Assembly (NCBI GenBank): GCA_004555405.1
Contig: SFIE01000003.1
Span: forward strand, 1,049-65,048
Direction of reading: 5' to 3'
DNA length: 64,000 bases
DNA from: Subdoligranulum sp.
GTDB taxonomy: Bacteria > Bacillota > Clostridia > Oscillospirales > Ruminococcaceae
Part shown: one piece after another, positions 53,488 through 61,927 of the stretch
Numbering within the stretch: position 1 is the first letter of the stretch
Layout: each line of letters opens with the position of its first letter
Notes under the pieces: generated by a model
Told to the model about the DNA's origin: nothing
What the model saw: the letters and a program-made list of their open reading frames with translations, nothing else
The model's database searches: none
Program-made: the position numbers and the translations under genes

Positions 53488-54617
53488 GTTGTTTTCCACT
53501 GGTTCAAAAGCTCCTTTGCGGTTTCGGTTTCGCCCAAAAGGCCATACACACGGCTGAAAACCACCAAACCGGTTTTTCTTTCTTCGCCCGCGCGGCGCGC
53601 GGCATGGGCCCCGGCCCTTTGGGTGATGGCCTGCAGCACCGGCGCGCTCAGCCCGGCCTGCTGCAGAATTTCAATGCAGGCATCGCTGGTGGCGGCCTGC
53701 ATCAGCCTGCGGCACAGTGGGGCATCGGCCCCGGCCAGCGCAGCCTGCGCCGTGAAAATTTCGGCACGGCCATCGGCCATGCGGGAGTGTGTGTTCATAA
53801 TGCCCGCCGAAAGCTTGCACAGCTTGCCCATGTGGCCCACCAGCAATATTTCGGCAAAATCCAGCACAGCGGCCTGATCCAGCGCTTCGCCCACATAGTT
53901 GCTGCACTTGACCACCGGCACGCCCAAAGCGTTCCAGCCCTGCTGGGCCAAAAAATCCGTGCCGTAGTTGCCGGGGGTCAGAATCAGGCGCGGGCTTTGC
54001 GCCCGGGCCTGCCGCAGCTCAAGCTCCATGCTTTCGATCAGCGCTGCCTCGCTCATGGGCTCTACCATGCCGCTGGTGCCCAAAATCGAGAGCCCGCCCA
54101 CAATGCCCAGCTGCGGGTTGAAGGTTTTTTGCGCCAGCGCCTCGCCGCCGGGCGCGGAAATGATGATCTGCAGCCCGCCGGAGTATCCAAAGGCTGCGCT
54201 GATCTTCCGGGCGCTTTCCCGGATCATGCGGCGCGGGGTGGAATTGATGGCCCATTCCCCCACCGGCTGGTCCAGCCCGGGCTTGGTTACCCGGCCAATG
54301 CCCTCGCCCCCGCACACGGCAAAGCCCGCCGCGGTTTTTTGGGCGCGGGCATAAATGAGAAGGCCGTTGGTGATGTCGGGATCATCGCCGGCATCCTTTT
54401 GCACCGCGCATTCGGCCCAGCCCGGCCCGGCCCGCACAGCCGCCGGCTGCACCTGCACCTGCCAGCCCCCGGGCGTGGGCATAGAAAGCGTGGCCGGGGC
54501 CTGCCCGCCCAGCAAAAGCTGCACGGCCCCGGCCGCCGCCAGCGCCGCGCAGGTGCCCGTGGTGTAGCCGCACCGCAGCTGCTTTTGCCCGCAGCGGATA
54601 TACCGTTCAAACGCCAT
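53484..54617 (-). CDS. cbiD: Cobalt-precorrin-5B C1-methyltransferase CbiD
   Basis: 377 aa with LRCGYTTGTCAALAA (characteristic), GGEGIGRVT and LSILGTSG. Confidence 0.88.
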   Translation of the reverse strand: MAFERYIRCGQKQLRCGYTTGTCAALAAAGAVQLLLGGQAPATLSMPTPGGWQVQVQPAAVRAGPGWAECAVQKDAGDDPDITNGLLIYARAQKTAAGFAVCGGEGIGRVTKPGLDQPVGEWAINSTPRRMIRESARKISAAFGYSGGLQIIISAPGGEALAQKTFNPQLGIVGGLSILGTSGMVEPMSEAALIESMELELRQARAQSPRLILTPGNYGTDFLAQQGWNALGVPVVKCSNYVGEALDQAAVLDFAEILLVGHMGKLCKLSAGIMNTHSRMADGRAEIFTAQAALAGADAPLCRRLMQAATSDACIEILQQAGLSAPVLQAITQRAGAHAARRAGEERKTGLVVFSRVYGLLGETETAKELLNQWKTT

Positions 54618-54713
54618 GCCCTTTGCCCCCTTTTCTTATGCGCCCGTGCGCTTTTTGTCCATTCCTGCCTGGCCCTGCGCCCGGCGGCAGGGCCCTATAT
54701 AATTACCTCTAAT

Positions 54714-54742
54714 ATTATAACGGCTTATGCCCTGTATCGCAA
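54714..54742 (-). promoter_or_regulatory. Candidate sigma-A promoter of the cbi/cob operon (TTGCGA-17-TATAAT on the minus strand)
   Basis: Hexamers and 17-nt spacing read directly. This gives a leader of about 90 nt with a GC hairpin (GGCCCTGC/GCAGGGCC). Confidence 0.55.
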
Positions 54743-54829
54743 GCCGTGAAACGCCGCTGTAAAATTGGTTTTTCTATGCATTCTACACAAAAGTTTACAC
54801 ACTGGTAACATTTCGGTTGGGCAGTAATC

Positions 54830-54858
54830 TTGCATTCATGCTGCAAATATTCTATAAT
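54830..54858 (+). promoter_or_regulatory. Candidate sigma-A promoter of the TetR-family gene (TTGCAT-17-TATAAT)
   Basis: Hexamers and 17-nt spacing read directly, 59 nt upstream of the ATG at 54917. Confidence 0.55.
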
Positions 54859-54916
54859 GATGGTAATAAACGAGAAAATCTGTAAGCATTATTGATAAAA
54901 GAAGGAGATTTCCATC

Positions 54917-55444
54917 ATGGCCCATTCCACCAGAAATGATCTGGCCGATGCCCTGCGGCAGCTTCTTTCGGATCGCTCTTTGGATAAGATCACCGTGCAG
55001 AATATTGCCGATGCCGCCAATGTAAGCCGAAAAACCTTTTATTATCATTTTCAGGATGTTTATGATCTGCTGGAATGGATGCTGGAGCAGCACCGCACCA
55101 ATCTGGAGCCTCAGGTGAGTGACCGCAACGCCTGGCGCACGGCCGTGGCCAACCTGCTGGATTTCTGCCTGGAAAACCGCGCCATGATCCAAAATCTTTT
55201 CCGTTCCATCAGCCGTGACTCGCTGGACCGCTATACATACTCGATCCTGCTGAAAAGCCTGACGGATTACACCCGCAATCAGGCCACGCAGTACAGCCTT
55301 TCCGAAAAGCAATACAAGGCGCTTTTGCAGTTTACGGCGCACGGCCTGCAGGGCCTGCTGCTGACATGGATCGACGGCGGTATGCGCGTGCCGCGTGACG
55401 AATTGATTGAAACCGTTGACACTATTTTCTCGCTGCGCTCGTAA
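54917..55444 (+). CDS. TetR/AcrR-family transcriptional regulator, DhaS-like subgroup
   Basis: 175 aa. ITVQNIADAANVSRKTFYYHFQDVYDLLEWML matches the TFYYHF-D-YDL-W signature I associate with DhaS-type TetR proteins. Confidence 0.75.
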   Translation: MAHSTRNDLADALRQLLSDRSLDKITVQNIADAANVSRKTFYYHFQDVYDLLEWMLEQHRTNLEPQVSDRNAWRTAVANLLDFCLENRAMIQNLFRSISRDSLDRYTYSILLKSLTDYTRNQATQYSLSEKQYKALLQFTAHGLQGLLLTWIDGGMRVPRDELIETVDTIFSLRS

Positions 55445-55537
55445 GGCAGCCTGATCAAAATTATCCCCCCGGAAGCTGTTTTCATAACCGATGCACACCG
55501 GCTATGAAAGCAGCTTTCCGCACCAAAAGGAGTTTTT

Positions 55538-56404
55538 ATGCACTATTCCGGAGATGTTTTCCGCCCGCCCAGTGAAGCCTACAGCCTGATTTTGCAGGTA
55601 ACGCTGGGCTGCAGCCACAACCGCTGCGCCTTTTGCTATATGTACAAGGCCAAAAAGTTCTCGATCCGCCCTCTGCGCGAGGTGTTTGAGGATATCGAGG
55701 AGGCTGCCCCCTATCGCTTCCGCCGCGTGTTTCTGGCGGACGGCGACGCCCTGATCCTGCCCACCGAAACGCTGGTGCAGATCCTTACGCGCATTCGCAA
55801 GCGCATTCCCACCTGCCAGCGCGTGGGCGTGTATGGCTCGCCCAACAGCATTCTGCGCAAAACCCCCGAAGAACTGGAGACCCTGCGCAAGCTGGGGCTG
55901 GGCATTGTGTATATGGGGCTGGAAAGCGGCAACGATGCCGTGCTGAAAAAGTTTGACAAGGGCTTTGATGCCGCCAGCATCATTCAGGCCGGGCAGCGTG
56001 TAAAACAGGCCGGGCTGCTGCTGAGCGTGACCGCCATCAACGGCCTTGGCGGCCAGGAAATGAGCGAGGCACACGCGCTGGACACTGCCAAGGCTTTCAC
56101 CGCCATGAAGCCGGACTATGTGGGCATGCTCACGCTGCGGGTTTACGGCAACACCCCGCTGGCAGGCTGGGTGCAGCGCGGCGAATTTAAGCTGCTGGAC
56201 GGGCCCTTGGCGCTGGCCCGGGAAAACCGCCTGCTGATTGAGCATATGGACTGCGAGGGCACGGTGTTCCGCTCGAACCATGCCAGCAACTATCTGGCAC
56301 TGGCCGGCACACTGAACAAGGATAAAGACCGCCTGCTGGCGCAGCTGGATGCCGCGCTGGAGGGCAAACGGCGCTTCCGCAGCGAAGTGCAGCTTGGTTT
56401 TTAA
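55538..56404 (+). CDS. Radical SAM protein with CX4CX2C cluster motif
   Basis: 288 aa. GCSHNRCAFCYMY was verified at the nucleotide level (tgc agc cac aac cgc tgc gcc ttt tgc). The TIM-barrel-like remainder has YMGLESGND. Confidence 0.75.
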   Translation: MHYSGDVFRPPSEAYSLILQVTLGCSHNRCAFCYMYKAKKFSIRPLREVFEDIEEAAPYRFRRVFLADGDALILPTETLVQILTRIRKRIPTCQRVGVYGSPNSILRKTPEELETLRKLGLGIVYMGLESGNDAVLKKFDKGFDAASIIQAGQRVKQAGLLLSVTAINGLGGQEMSEAHALDTAKAFTAMKPDYVGMLTLRVYGNTPLAGWVQRGEFKLLDGPLALARENRLLIEHMDCEGTVFRSNHASNYLALAGTLNKDKDRLLAQLDAALEGKRRFRSEVQLGF

Positions 56405-56483
56405 TAAACACTTTCCGGCAGCGCTGCACCCCGCAGGGTGCCGGTGCTGCCTTTTGTAAATTTTACCGATCGAGGCATTTTTC

Positions 56484-56888
56484 ATGGATTACGAACCTTT
56501 GCGGGAGTGGGCCAACAAGGCCAGCCCGTTTATGATGCACAACGGCATTCTGATCACGGATGTGGCCGACGGCTGCGCCACGGCTTCGGCTGATCTGGGG
56601 CAGCTTTCGCTGAACCCCTACGGTGCGGCGCACGGCGGTTTTTTGTTCACCATGGCCGACTGTGCCACCGGCGTGGCCGTACACACCGACGGCCGCCATT
56701 ATGTTACGCTGAATTCCAGCCTGAATTTTATACGCATGGCCAAGGACGGCACGGTTACCGCCGATGCCCGCGTGGTAAAGCGCGGGCAAAGCGTTTCGGT
56801 GGCCGACGTGGTGATTACCTGCTGCGGGCAGGAAGTTGCCACCGGCACCTTTACCTACTTTTGCCTGGACGCGCAAGCCGAACAGTAA
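56484..56888 (+). CDS. PaaI-family hotdog-fold thioesterase (second copy in window)
   Basis: 134 aa with the YGAAHGGFLFTMAD motif. Confidence 0.75.
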   Translation: MDYEPLREWANKASPFMMHNGILITDVADGCATASADLGQLSLNPYGAAHGGFLFTMADCATGVAVHTDGRHYVTLNSSLNFIRMAKDGTVTADARVVKRGQSVSVADVVITCCGQEVATGTFTYFCLDAQAEQ

Positions 56889-56920
56889 CTTTTTAGTAGC
56901 AAATTTCGCAATCAACAGAA

Positions 56921-56972
56921 AAAGCCATTGCAATTCGCCGTTTTTATGCGTTTTGCAATGGCTTTCTTTGTG
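56921..56972. terminator. Bidirectional terminator between the PaaI and GNAT genes
   Basis: 13-bp perfect stem AAAGCCATTGCAA / TTGCAATGGCTTT followed by CTTTGTG. Confidence 0.65.
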
Positions 56973-57009
56973 TAACTTTTTACTTGTAATTTGCTAATTC
57001 CATAAACGA

Positions 57010-57513
57010 TCACTCGCGGATCTTATCATAGGCAAGGCGGGGATCGTTATCCTCCTGCACATGGATCACGCCGCGCTGCGTAAAGCCCAGCTTTTTGAGC
57101 AGGTTTTGCATGGGAATGTTATCGCCGTGGGTATCGATGCGCAGATAGCGGCAGCGCGCAAGCGCCCAGTCCAGGCACGCCTTGCCCATGCCGGGCACCG
57201 TGCCGCCGGAGGCCAGCCGATGCACCACGCCATATTCGCCATCGCGGCCCCACGCGCCGTTTTCAATGCTGGCGTAGGTGGGGTCGATCTCCACCCCCTG
57301 CAGATACACAAACGCGGCGGCGATCTGCGCCCCCTGCACCGCCACAAACAATCGGCCGGTGCGGATATCCTCTTTCACCAGCGCTTCGGGCGGCCATGCG
57401 GTGTTCCACTGGCGGGGGTTGCCATGCTCGGCCATAAAACGGCGCGCATGGGCATAAATGGCCAGCACCGCGGGAAGATCCTGCATAACAGCCGGGCGAA
57501 TGGAAATGCTCAT
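57010..57513 (-). CDS. GNAT-family N-acetyltransferase
   Basis: 167 aa with a typical GNAT core (VHRLASGGTVPGMGKACLDWA). Confidence 0.75.
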   Translation of the reverse strand: MSISIRPAVMQDLPAVLAIYAHARRFMAEHGNPRQWNTAWPPEALVKEDIRTGRLFVAVQGAQIAAAFVYLQGVEIDPTYASIENGAWGRDGEYGVVHRLASGGTVPGMGKACLDWALARCRYLRIDTHGDNIPMQNLLKKLGFTQRGVIHVQEDNDPRLAYDKIRE

Positions 57514-57537
57514 ACGGTTTGCTCCCCTTTCTCTTTT

Positions 57538-58485
57538 TTAAAACAGCCCTTCCGGCAGGGCAATATCCTGCCGGGGGATCTTATTCCAGTCAAAGCCGTT
57601 CAGCAGCTCGGTGGGCGTGCGCGGGGCCGGGGTGTCCTGCAGGCCCAAGGCATACGCCATGCGCCCCACCAGCTGTTCGGGGGTGTAGCGCTGCTGCAGA
57701 TTTTCCAGGCTTTGGTCACCGTCACGCTTGCTCAGGCGGCGGCCATCGGCGGCCAGCAGCAGCGGCATATGATAAAACCGGGGTGCTTTCAGGCCCAGCT
57801 CACGATACAGCCACAGCTGGCGCGGCGTGCTGGACAGCAGATCGGCCCCGCGCACCACCTGCGTGACCCCCATGAGGGCATCGTCCACCACCACGGCCAG
57901 CTGATAGGCAAACACGCCGTCGGCCCGGCGCAGATAAAAATCGCCGCAGTCCTTTGCCAGATTTTCGGCATAGGGGCCCATGTGGCCATCGGTAAAGCAA
58001 AGGGTTTCGTCCGGCACGATCACACGCCATGCGGGGCTTTTGTGCTTTTGCTTTTCGGCGATCTCGCCGGGCGTCAGCCCGCGGCAGGTGCCCGCATAGA
58101 TCACCTGCCCGTCGCTGCGGTGGGGCGCGCTGGCTGCGTGAAGCTGGCTGCGGCTGCAAAAGCAGGGATACACCAGCCCCTTTGCCGCCAAGCGGTTATA
58201 AAACTGCTGATAAATTTCGCTGCGCTCGCTCTGGTAATAGCTGCCCGCCGGGCCGCCCTTGGCCCCGCCTTCATCGGCGGAAAGGCCCAGCCATGCAAGG
58301 TCGGCCTCTAAAAGATCCGCAAACGAGCGCGGGCAGCGCACGGGATCAAGATCCTCAATGCGCAGCACCACCCTGCCCCCGGCGCTTTTGGCCGAAAGCC
58401 ATGCCAGCAGGCAGCAGCTCAGATTGCCCAGATGCATTCGCCCGCTGGGGCTGGGCGCATAGCGCCCCACTTCGATCGCCGCCAT
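57538..58485 (-). CDS. gluQ: tRNA glutamyl-Q(34) synthetase GluQRS (truncated GluRS paralogue)
   Basis: 315 aa from MAAIEVGRYAPSPSGRMHLGN (HIGH-type). RLSKRDG (KMSKS-type) and a Cys-rich zinc segment CFCSRS...GTC are present. There is no anticodon-binding domain. Confidence 0.8.
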   Translation of the reverse strand: MAAIEVGRYAPSPSGRMHLGNLSCCLLAWLSAKSAGGRVVLRIEDLDPVRCPRSFADLLEADLAWLGLSADEGGAKGGPAGSYYQSERSEIYQQFYNRLAAKGLVYPCFCSRSQLHAASAPHRSDGQVIYAGTCRGLTPGEIAEKQKHKSPAWRVIVPDETLCFTDGHMGPYAENLAKDCGDFYLRRADGVFAYQLAVVVDDALMGVTQVVRGADLLSSTPRQLWLYRELGLKAPRFYHMPLLLAADGRRLSKRDGDQSLENLQQRYTPEQLVGRMAYALGLQDTPAPRTPTELLNGFDWNKIPRQDIALPEGLF

Positions 58486-58631
58486 GGCGGTTCCCCCTTT
58501 TTTGTTCAATGGATATGCTACCATTATAATACCTGCCGGTTTTTGCAGCAAGCCCCGGCACACACTGCGGGCGTTGCGCATAGCATGGGCTGGCAGGTTT
58601 TTACCGCAAGCATAAAGAAGGGGGTTTCACC

Positions 58632-59201
58632 ATGAAGCATTCTGCACTTTTGGCCGGGCTGGGGCTGGGGGCCTTGCTGGGCGCGGCGGCATACGGTGCG
58701 CGGCACCGGCGGGACAGGGCGGCAGCCGCACCGGATTCCGCGAGCGATTTGTCCATGCAGAAGCCGCCGCAGGATACCGCCGGGGCGCTGGCCGATTCCC
58801 TGCAGGGGACTGTGAGCTATGGGCAGGGCACGGCGGGCTGCACCCTGCAGCACCACAAGGCCGCCGCCGATGTGCTGGACTGGGTGGACAGTGATGCCGG
58901 GCACGCCGCCCTGGCTGACCCGGATTCCATCACCCTCACGCAGGCATTGCAGGACTGGTGGGCCACCCTCACCCCTGCCCAGCAGGAACGCTTTTACGAA
59001 AACTGGCCCGAGGTGGATCAGCGCGCCCACGCCATCACCCGCCAGCCCGATGACCACAAAGAGCATTTGGATGTGGCCGGGGCAGATCGCATCGACTACA
59101 GTAATTTTAAGGGCGACTACCCCACTTTCTCGCGCTATATGGCAGAGCTATACACCGCCAAATACGGCCACGCGCCCCAACACCCGGCAGGTGCAGGCTG
59201 A
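58632..59201 (+). CDS. Hypothetical protein with N-terminal TM helix
   Basis: 189 aa. A good RBS (AAGAAGGGGG) and GC-rich third codon positions like neighbouring genes. No family recognised. Confidence 0.5.
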   Translation: MKHSALLAGLGLGALLGAAAYGARHRRDRAAAAPDSASDLSMQKPPQDTAGALADSLQGTVSYGQGTAGCTLQHHKAAADVLDWVDSDAGHAALADPDSITLTQALQDWWATLTPAQQERFYENWPEVDQRAHAITRQPDDHKEHLDVAGADRIDYSNFKGDYPTFSRYMAELYTAKYGHAPQHPAGAG

Positions 59202-59215
59202 TTTTTGTGCCAAAA

Positions 59216-59251
59216 ACGCCCCGAATACCGCTTTTGTGGTATCCGGGGCGT
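59216..59251. terminator. Hairpin between convergent genes
   Basis: ACGCCCCGAATACC / GGTATCCGGGGCGT, 14-bp arms with one mismatch, followed by ATATTTTGT. Confidence 0.55.
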
Positions 59252-59296
59252 ATATTTTGTATCCGTTATACTATTCGTTTTGTTTTGTAGGGCGTA

Positions 59297-60421
59297 TTAC
59301 TTCATTTCCAGCAGCTCGTATTCACGGGTGCCGAGGCCGATTTTTTCGCCGTGCTCCAGCTGCTCGCGCCAGGCCGAGCCGGGCGTGGTGTTGCTGAAGG
59401 GATCGCCCAGATCCTTAAAGCCGGGCTTGCGGAAATTATCCGTGATCTGCGAATCCGGCAGCGGCGCTGCATTCAGGCAGGCATCCACACAGGCCTGGTC
59501 CAGCGCAACAGGATCAAAGCTGGCAAACATACCAATATCAGGCAGAATGGGTGCATCGTTGCAGCCGTGGCAGTCGCACAGGGGGCTGATGTCACGCACA
59601 ATGCTCACATGGAAGCACGGGCGGCCATCGCACACGGCCTTGGCATACTCGGCCATTTTGCAGTCCAGCAATTCGTTGGCGCTGTCGTTGGGGGCATAAA
59701 TGGCATCAAAATTACATCCGCCAATGCAGCGGCCGCAGCCCACACACTGATCCTCGTGAATGTGCGCCTTGCCGCCCTCATAGCTGATGGCATCGCTGCC
59801 GCATTCGCGGGCACACAGCTTGCAGCCCCGGCACATACGCTCGGACACCTTGGGCTTGCCTGCCTTATGCTGATCCATTTTTCCGGCACGGCTGCCGCAG
59901 CCCATGCCGATATTTTTGATCGCACCGCCAAAGCCGGTGGACTCATGCCCTTTAAAGTGGCTCAGGCTGATGAAAATATCCGCATCCATCACCGCACGGC
60001 CAATGCGCGCCACCTTGCAATATTCTGCACCCGCCACAGGCACCTCCACTTCGTCGGTGCCCTTGAGGCCATCGCCAATGATCACCTGACAGCCGGTGGT
60101 GGTGGGGTTAAAGCCATTGATGGCCGCACATTCCAGATGGTCCAGCGCATTTTTGCGGCTGCCCGGATACAGGGTGTTGCAGTCCACCAAAAAGGGCTTG
60201 CCGCCCAGGCGCTTTACTTCGTCGGCCACGGCGCGGGCATAGGCCGGGCGCAGATAGCTTAAATTGCCCAGCTCGCCGAAATGCAGCTTGATGGCCACAA
60301 ACTTGCCCTCGAAATCGATTTGATCCATTCCGGCGCGGCGAAGCAGCTTTTTCAGCTTATCGGTGATGGACATTTCCCCCGGGGTGCGGAAGCTTGTAAA
60401 ATATACCTTTGCTTTTTCCAT
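59297..60421 (-). CDS. DUF362-domain protein with two 4Fe-4S ferredoxin motifs
   Basis: 374 aa. The N-terminal DUF362-like region (VAIKLHFGE...) and CRGCKLCARECG and CVGCGRCIGGCN clusters are present. Confidence 0.7.
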   Translation of the reverse strand: MEKAKVYFTSFRTPGEMSITDKLKKLLRRAGMDQIDFEGKFVAIKLHFGELGNLSYLRPAYARAVADEVKRLGGKPFLVDCNTLYPGSRKNALDHLECAAINGFNPTTTGCQVIIGDGLKGTDEVEVPVAGAEYCKVARIGRAVMDADIFISLSHFKGHESTGFGGAIKNIGMGCGSRAGKMDQHKAGKPKVSERMCRGCKLCARECGSDAISYEGGKAHIHEDQCVGCGRCIGGCNFDAIYAPNDSANELLDCKMAEYAKAVCDGRPCFHVSIVRDISPLCDCHGCNDAPILPDIGMFASFDPVALDQACVDACLNAAPLPDSQITDNFRKPGFKDLGDPFSNTTPGSAWREQLEHGEKIGLGTREYELLEMK

Positions 60422-60475
60422 GTTCGGTTTCTCCTTTTCCTGTATTTAGGTTTCCTGGGTTTCAGCGCTGCGGGC

Positions 60476-61318
60476 TTAAATGAACCCCACAATGGAGGCC
60501 GCCAGCACCACCACGCCCAAGGCGATGCGGTAAAAGCCGAACACCTTAAAATCGTGGCTGCGCACATAGTTCATCAAAAAGCGAATGGCCGCCAGCGAGG
60601 TGACAAATGCCACCACGCAGCCCGTGGCCAGCACCAGCATTTCGCCGCCGCCGAACACGCCGCCGCCTGCTAAAAATTTGATCACCTTCAGCCCCGAAGC
60701 GCCTGCCATAACGGGAATGGCCAAAAAGAAGGTAAATCGGCTGGCCACGCTGCGGCTCATGCCCAGCAGCAGGCCGCCAATGATGGTTGCGCCGCTGCGG
60801 CTTGTGCCCGGCACCAGCGCCAGCACCTGCCACACGCCCACAATCAGGGCATCGCGATAGGTGATGTGCCCCAGTTTTTCCACCTGCGGGGCGGCACGGC
60901 GGTTTTCCACCACCAGAAACACCACGCCGTAAAAGATCAGCATGATGCCCACCACCAGCGGGGTGTAGAGATGGGCATCCATCCAATCGTCCAACAAAAG
61001 GCCCAGCACGGCGGCGGGCAGGCTGGCCACAAGGATCTTGCACCACAAGCGTAAGATGGGCCACTTGATATATCGTGCCGCACCGGTGTTTTTGTGGTTG
61101 TTCCGGGTAAACGGCCACAGCTGTTTCCAATACAATACCACCACGGCCAGAATGGCGCCCAGCTGGATCACCACACGGAACATGGAAAGAAATTCATCGC
61201 TCAGGTCAAACTGCAGAAACTGTTCGGCCAAAATCATGTGCCCGGTGCTGGAAATGGGCAGCCACTCGGTGATGCCCTCGATGACACCGTATAAGACAGC
61301 CTTGATAAAGTTAAGCAT
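60476..61318 (-). CDS. uppP: Undecaprenyl-diphosphate phosphatase UppP (BacA)
   Basis: 280 aa from MLNFIKAVLYGVIEGITEWLPISSTGH (hallmark) with PGTSRSGATI. Confidence 0.88.
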   Translation of the reverse strand: MLNFIKAVLYGVIEGITEWLPISSTGHMILAEQFLQFDLSDEFLSMFRVVIQLGAILAVVVLYWKQLWPFTRNNHKNTGAARYIKWPILRLWCKILVASLPAAVLGLLLDDWMDAHLYTPLVVGIMLIFYGVVFLVVENRRAAPQVEKLGHITYRDALIVGVWQVLALVPGTSRSGATIIGGLLLGMSRSVASRFTFFLAIPVMAGASGLKVIKFLAGGGVFGGGEMLVLATGCVVAFVTSLAAIRFLMNYVRSHDFKVFGFYRIALGVVVLAASIVGFI

Positions 61319-61504
61319 AGCATCGCTCCTTTTCAGCGAGTGCGCCGCCATCTTGCACAGGGGCGCACAATTTTCTATTATCAGTATAGCACCATCGCGC
61401 CGGGTGCGCAATCGGGGCATTCCGATTGCCCTTTTCCTATAAATAGGATATACTATAGGCATCGCCACTTGAATGCCTATCACTGAAAAAAAAGGAGCCC
61501 CGCC

Positions 61505-61921
61505 ATGCAGCAGCCGATCTGTGAATTTCCCTTTCCATGCCGCAAAAGCGGCCTTTTTGTGCTGGCTGGGTGGGGCGCGCTGGCCGTTACGCTAACTGCC
61601 GCACTGTTCTGGTTTGGCGCAGGGCTTTTGCTGGTGTTTGCCGGGGCGTACGCCCTGCTGGCCGCCGGGCTTTGGCTGGCCTTTGGCAATTTGCGGGTAG
61701 AATTTTCTGCCGGGCGTGTTCTGATTCGCCGCGGCACGCTTTTTCCGGTACACATTGCCTGCCCGGCACGCTCGATTTTGGCGGTAAGCGCTTTTTCCAC
61801 GCCTCTGCTGCGCCGCCTTGGCTGCCCTGTGGTGCTGCTTACCCTCAGCGGGCGCACCGTGCTGCTGCCTGCGGTTCCGGCGGCGGGCTATCGGGCGCTG
61901 TGCGCCCTGAGCGGGAGGTGA
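61505..61921 (+). CDS. YdbS-like membrane protein with bacterial PH domain
   Basis: 138 aa with two N-terminal TM helices and a short soluble domain. It is paired with a YdbT-like gene. Confidence 0.45.
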   Translation: MQQPICEFPFPCRKSGLFVLAGWGALAVTLTAALFWFGAGLLLVFAGAYALLAAGLWLAFGNLRVEFSAGRVLIRRGTLFPVHIACPARSILAVSAFSTPLLRRLGCPVVLLTLSGRTVLLPAVPAAGYRALCALSGR

Positions 61922-61927
61922 CGGCCC

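Noticed and set aside
54618-54713. Expected cobalamin riboswitch in the cbiD leader
   Set aside because: I read the minus strand and found no GCCACTG, B12 box or AGGGAA core, only a GC hairpin (GGCCCTGC/GCAGGGCC). It is not called. A covariance-model search would be decisive.
56405-56470. Hairpin after the radical SAM gene
   Set aside because: The arms GGCAGCGCTGCACC and GGTGCCGGTGCTGCC are imperfect with several mismatches, so I have no confidence in it as a terminator.
61455-61480. 8-bp inverted repeat ATAGGCAT-N10-ATGCCTAT in the YdbS-like leader
   Set aside because: It is a short, isolated dyad in AT-rich DNA and could easily arise by chance. There is no supporting context.
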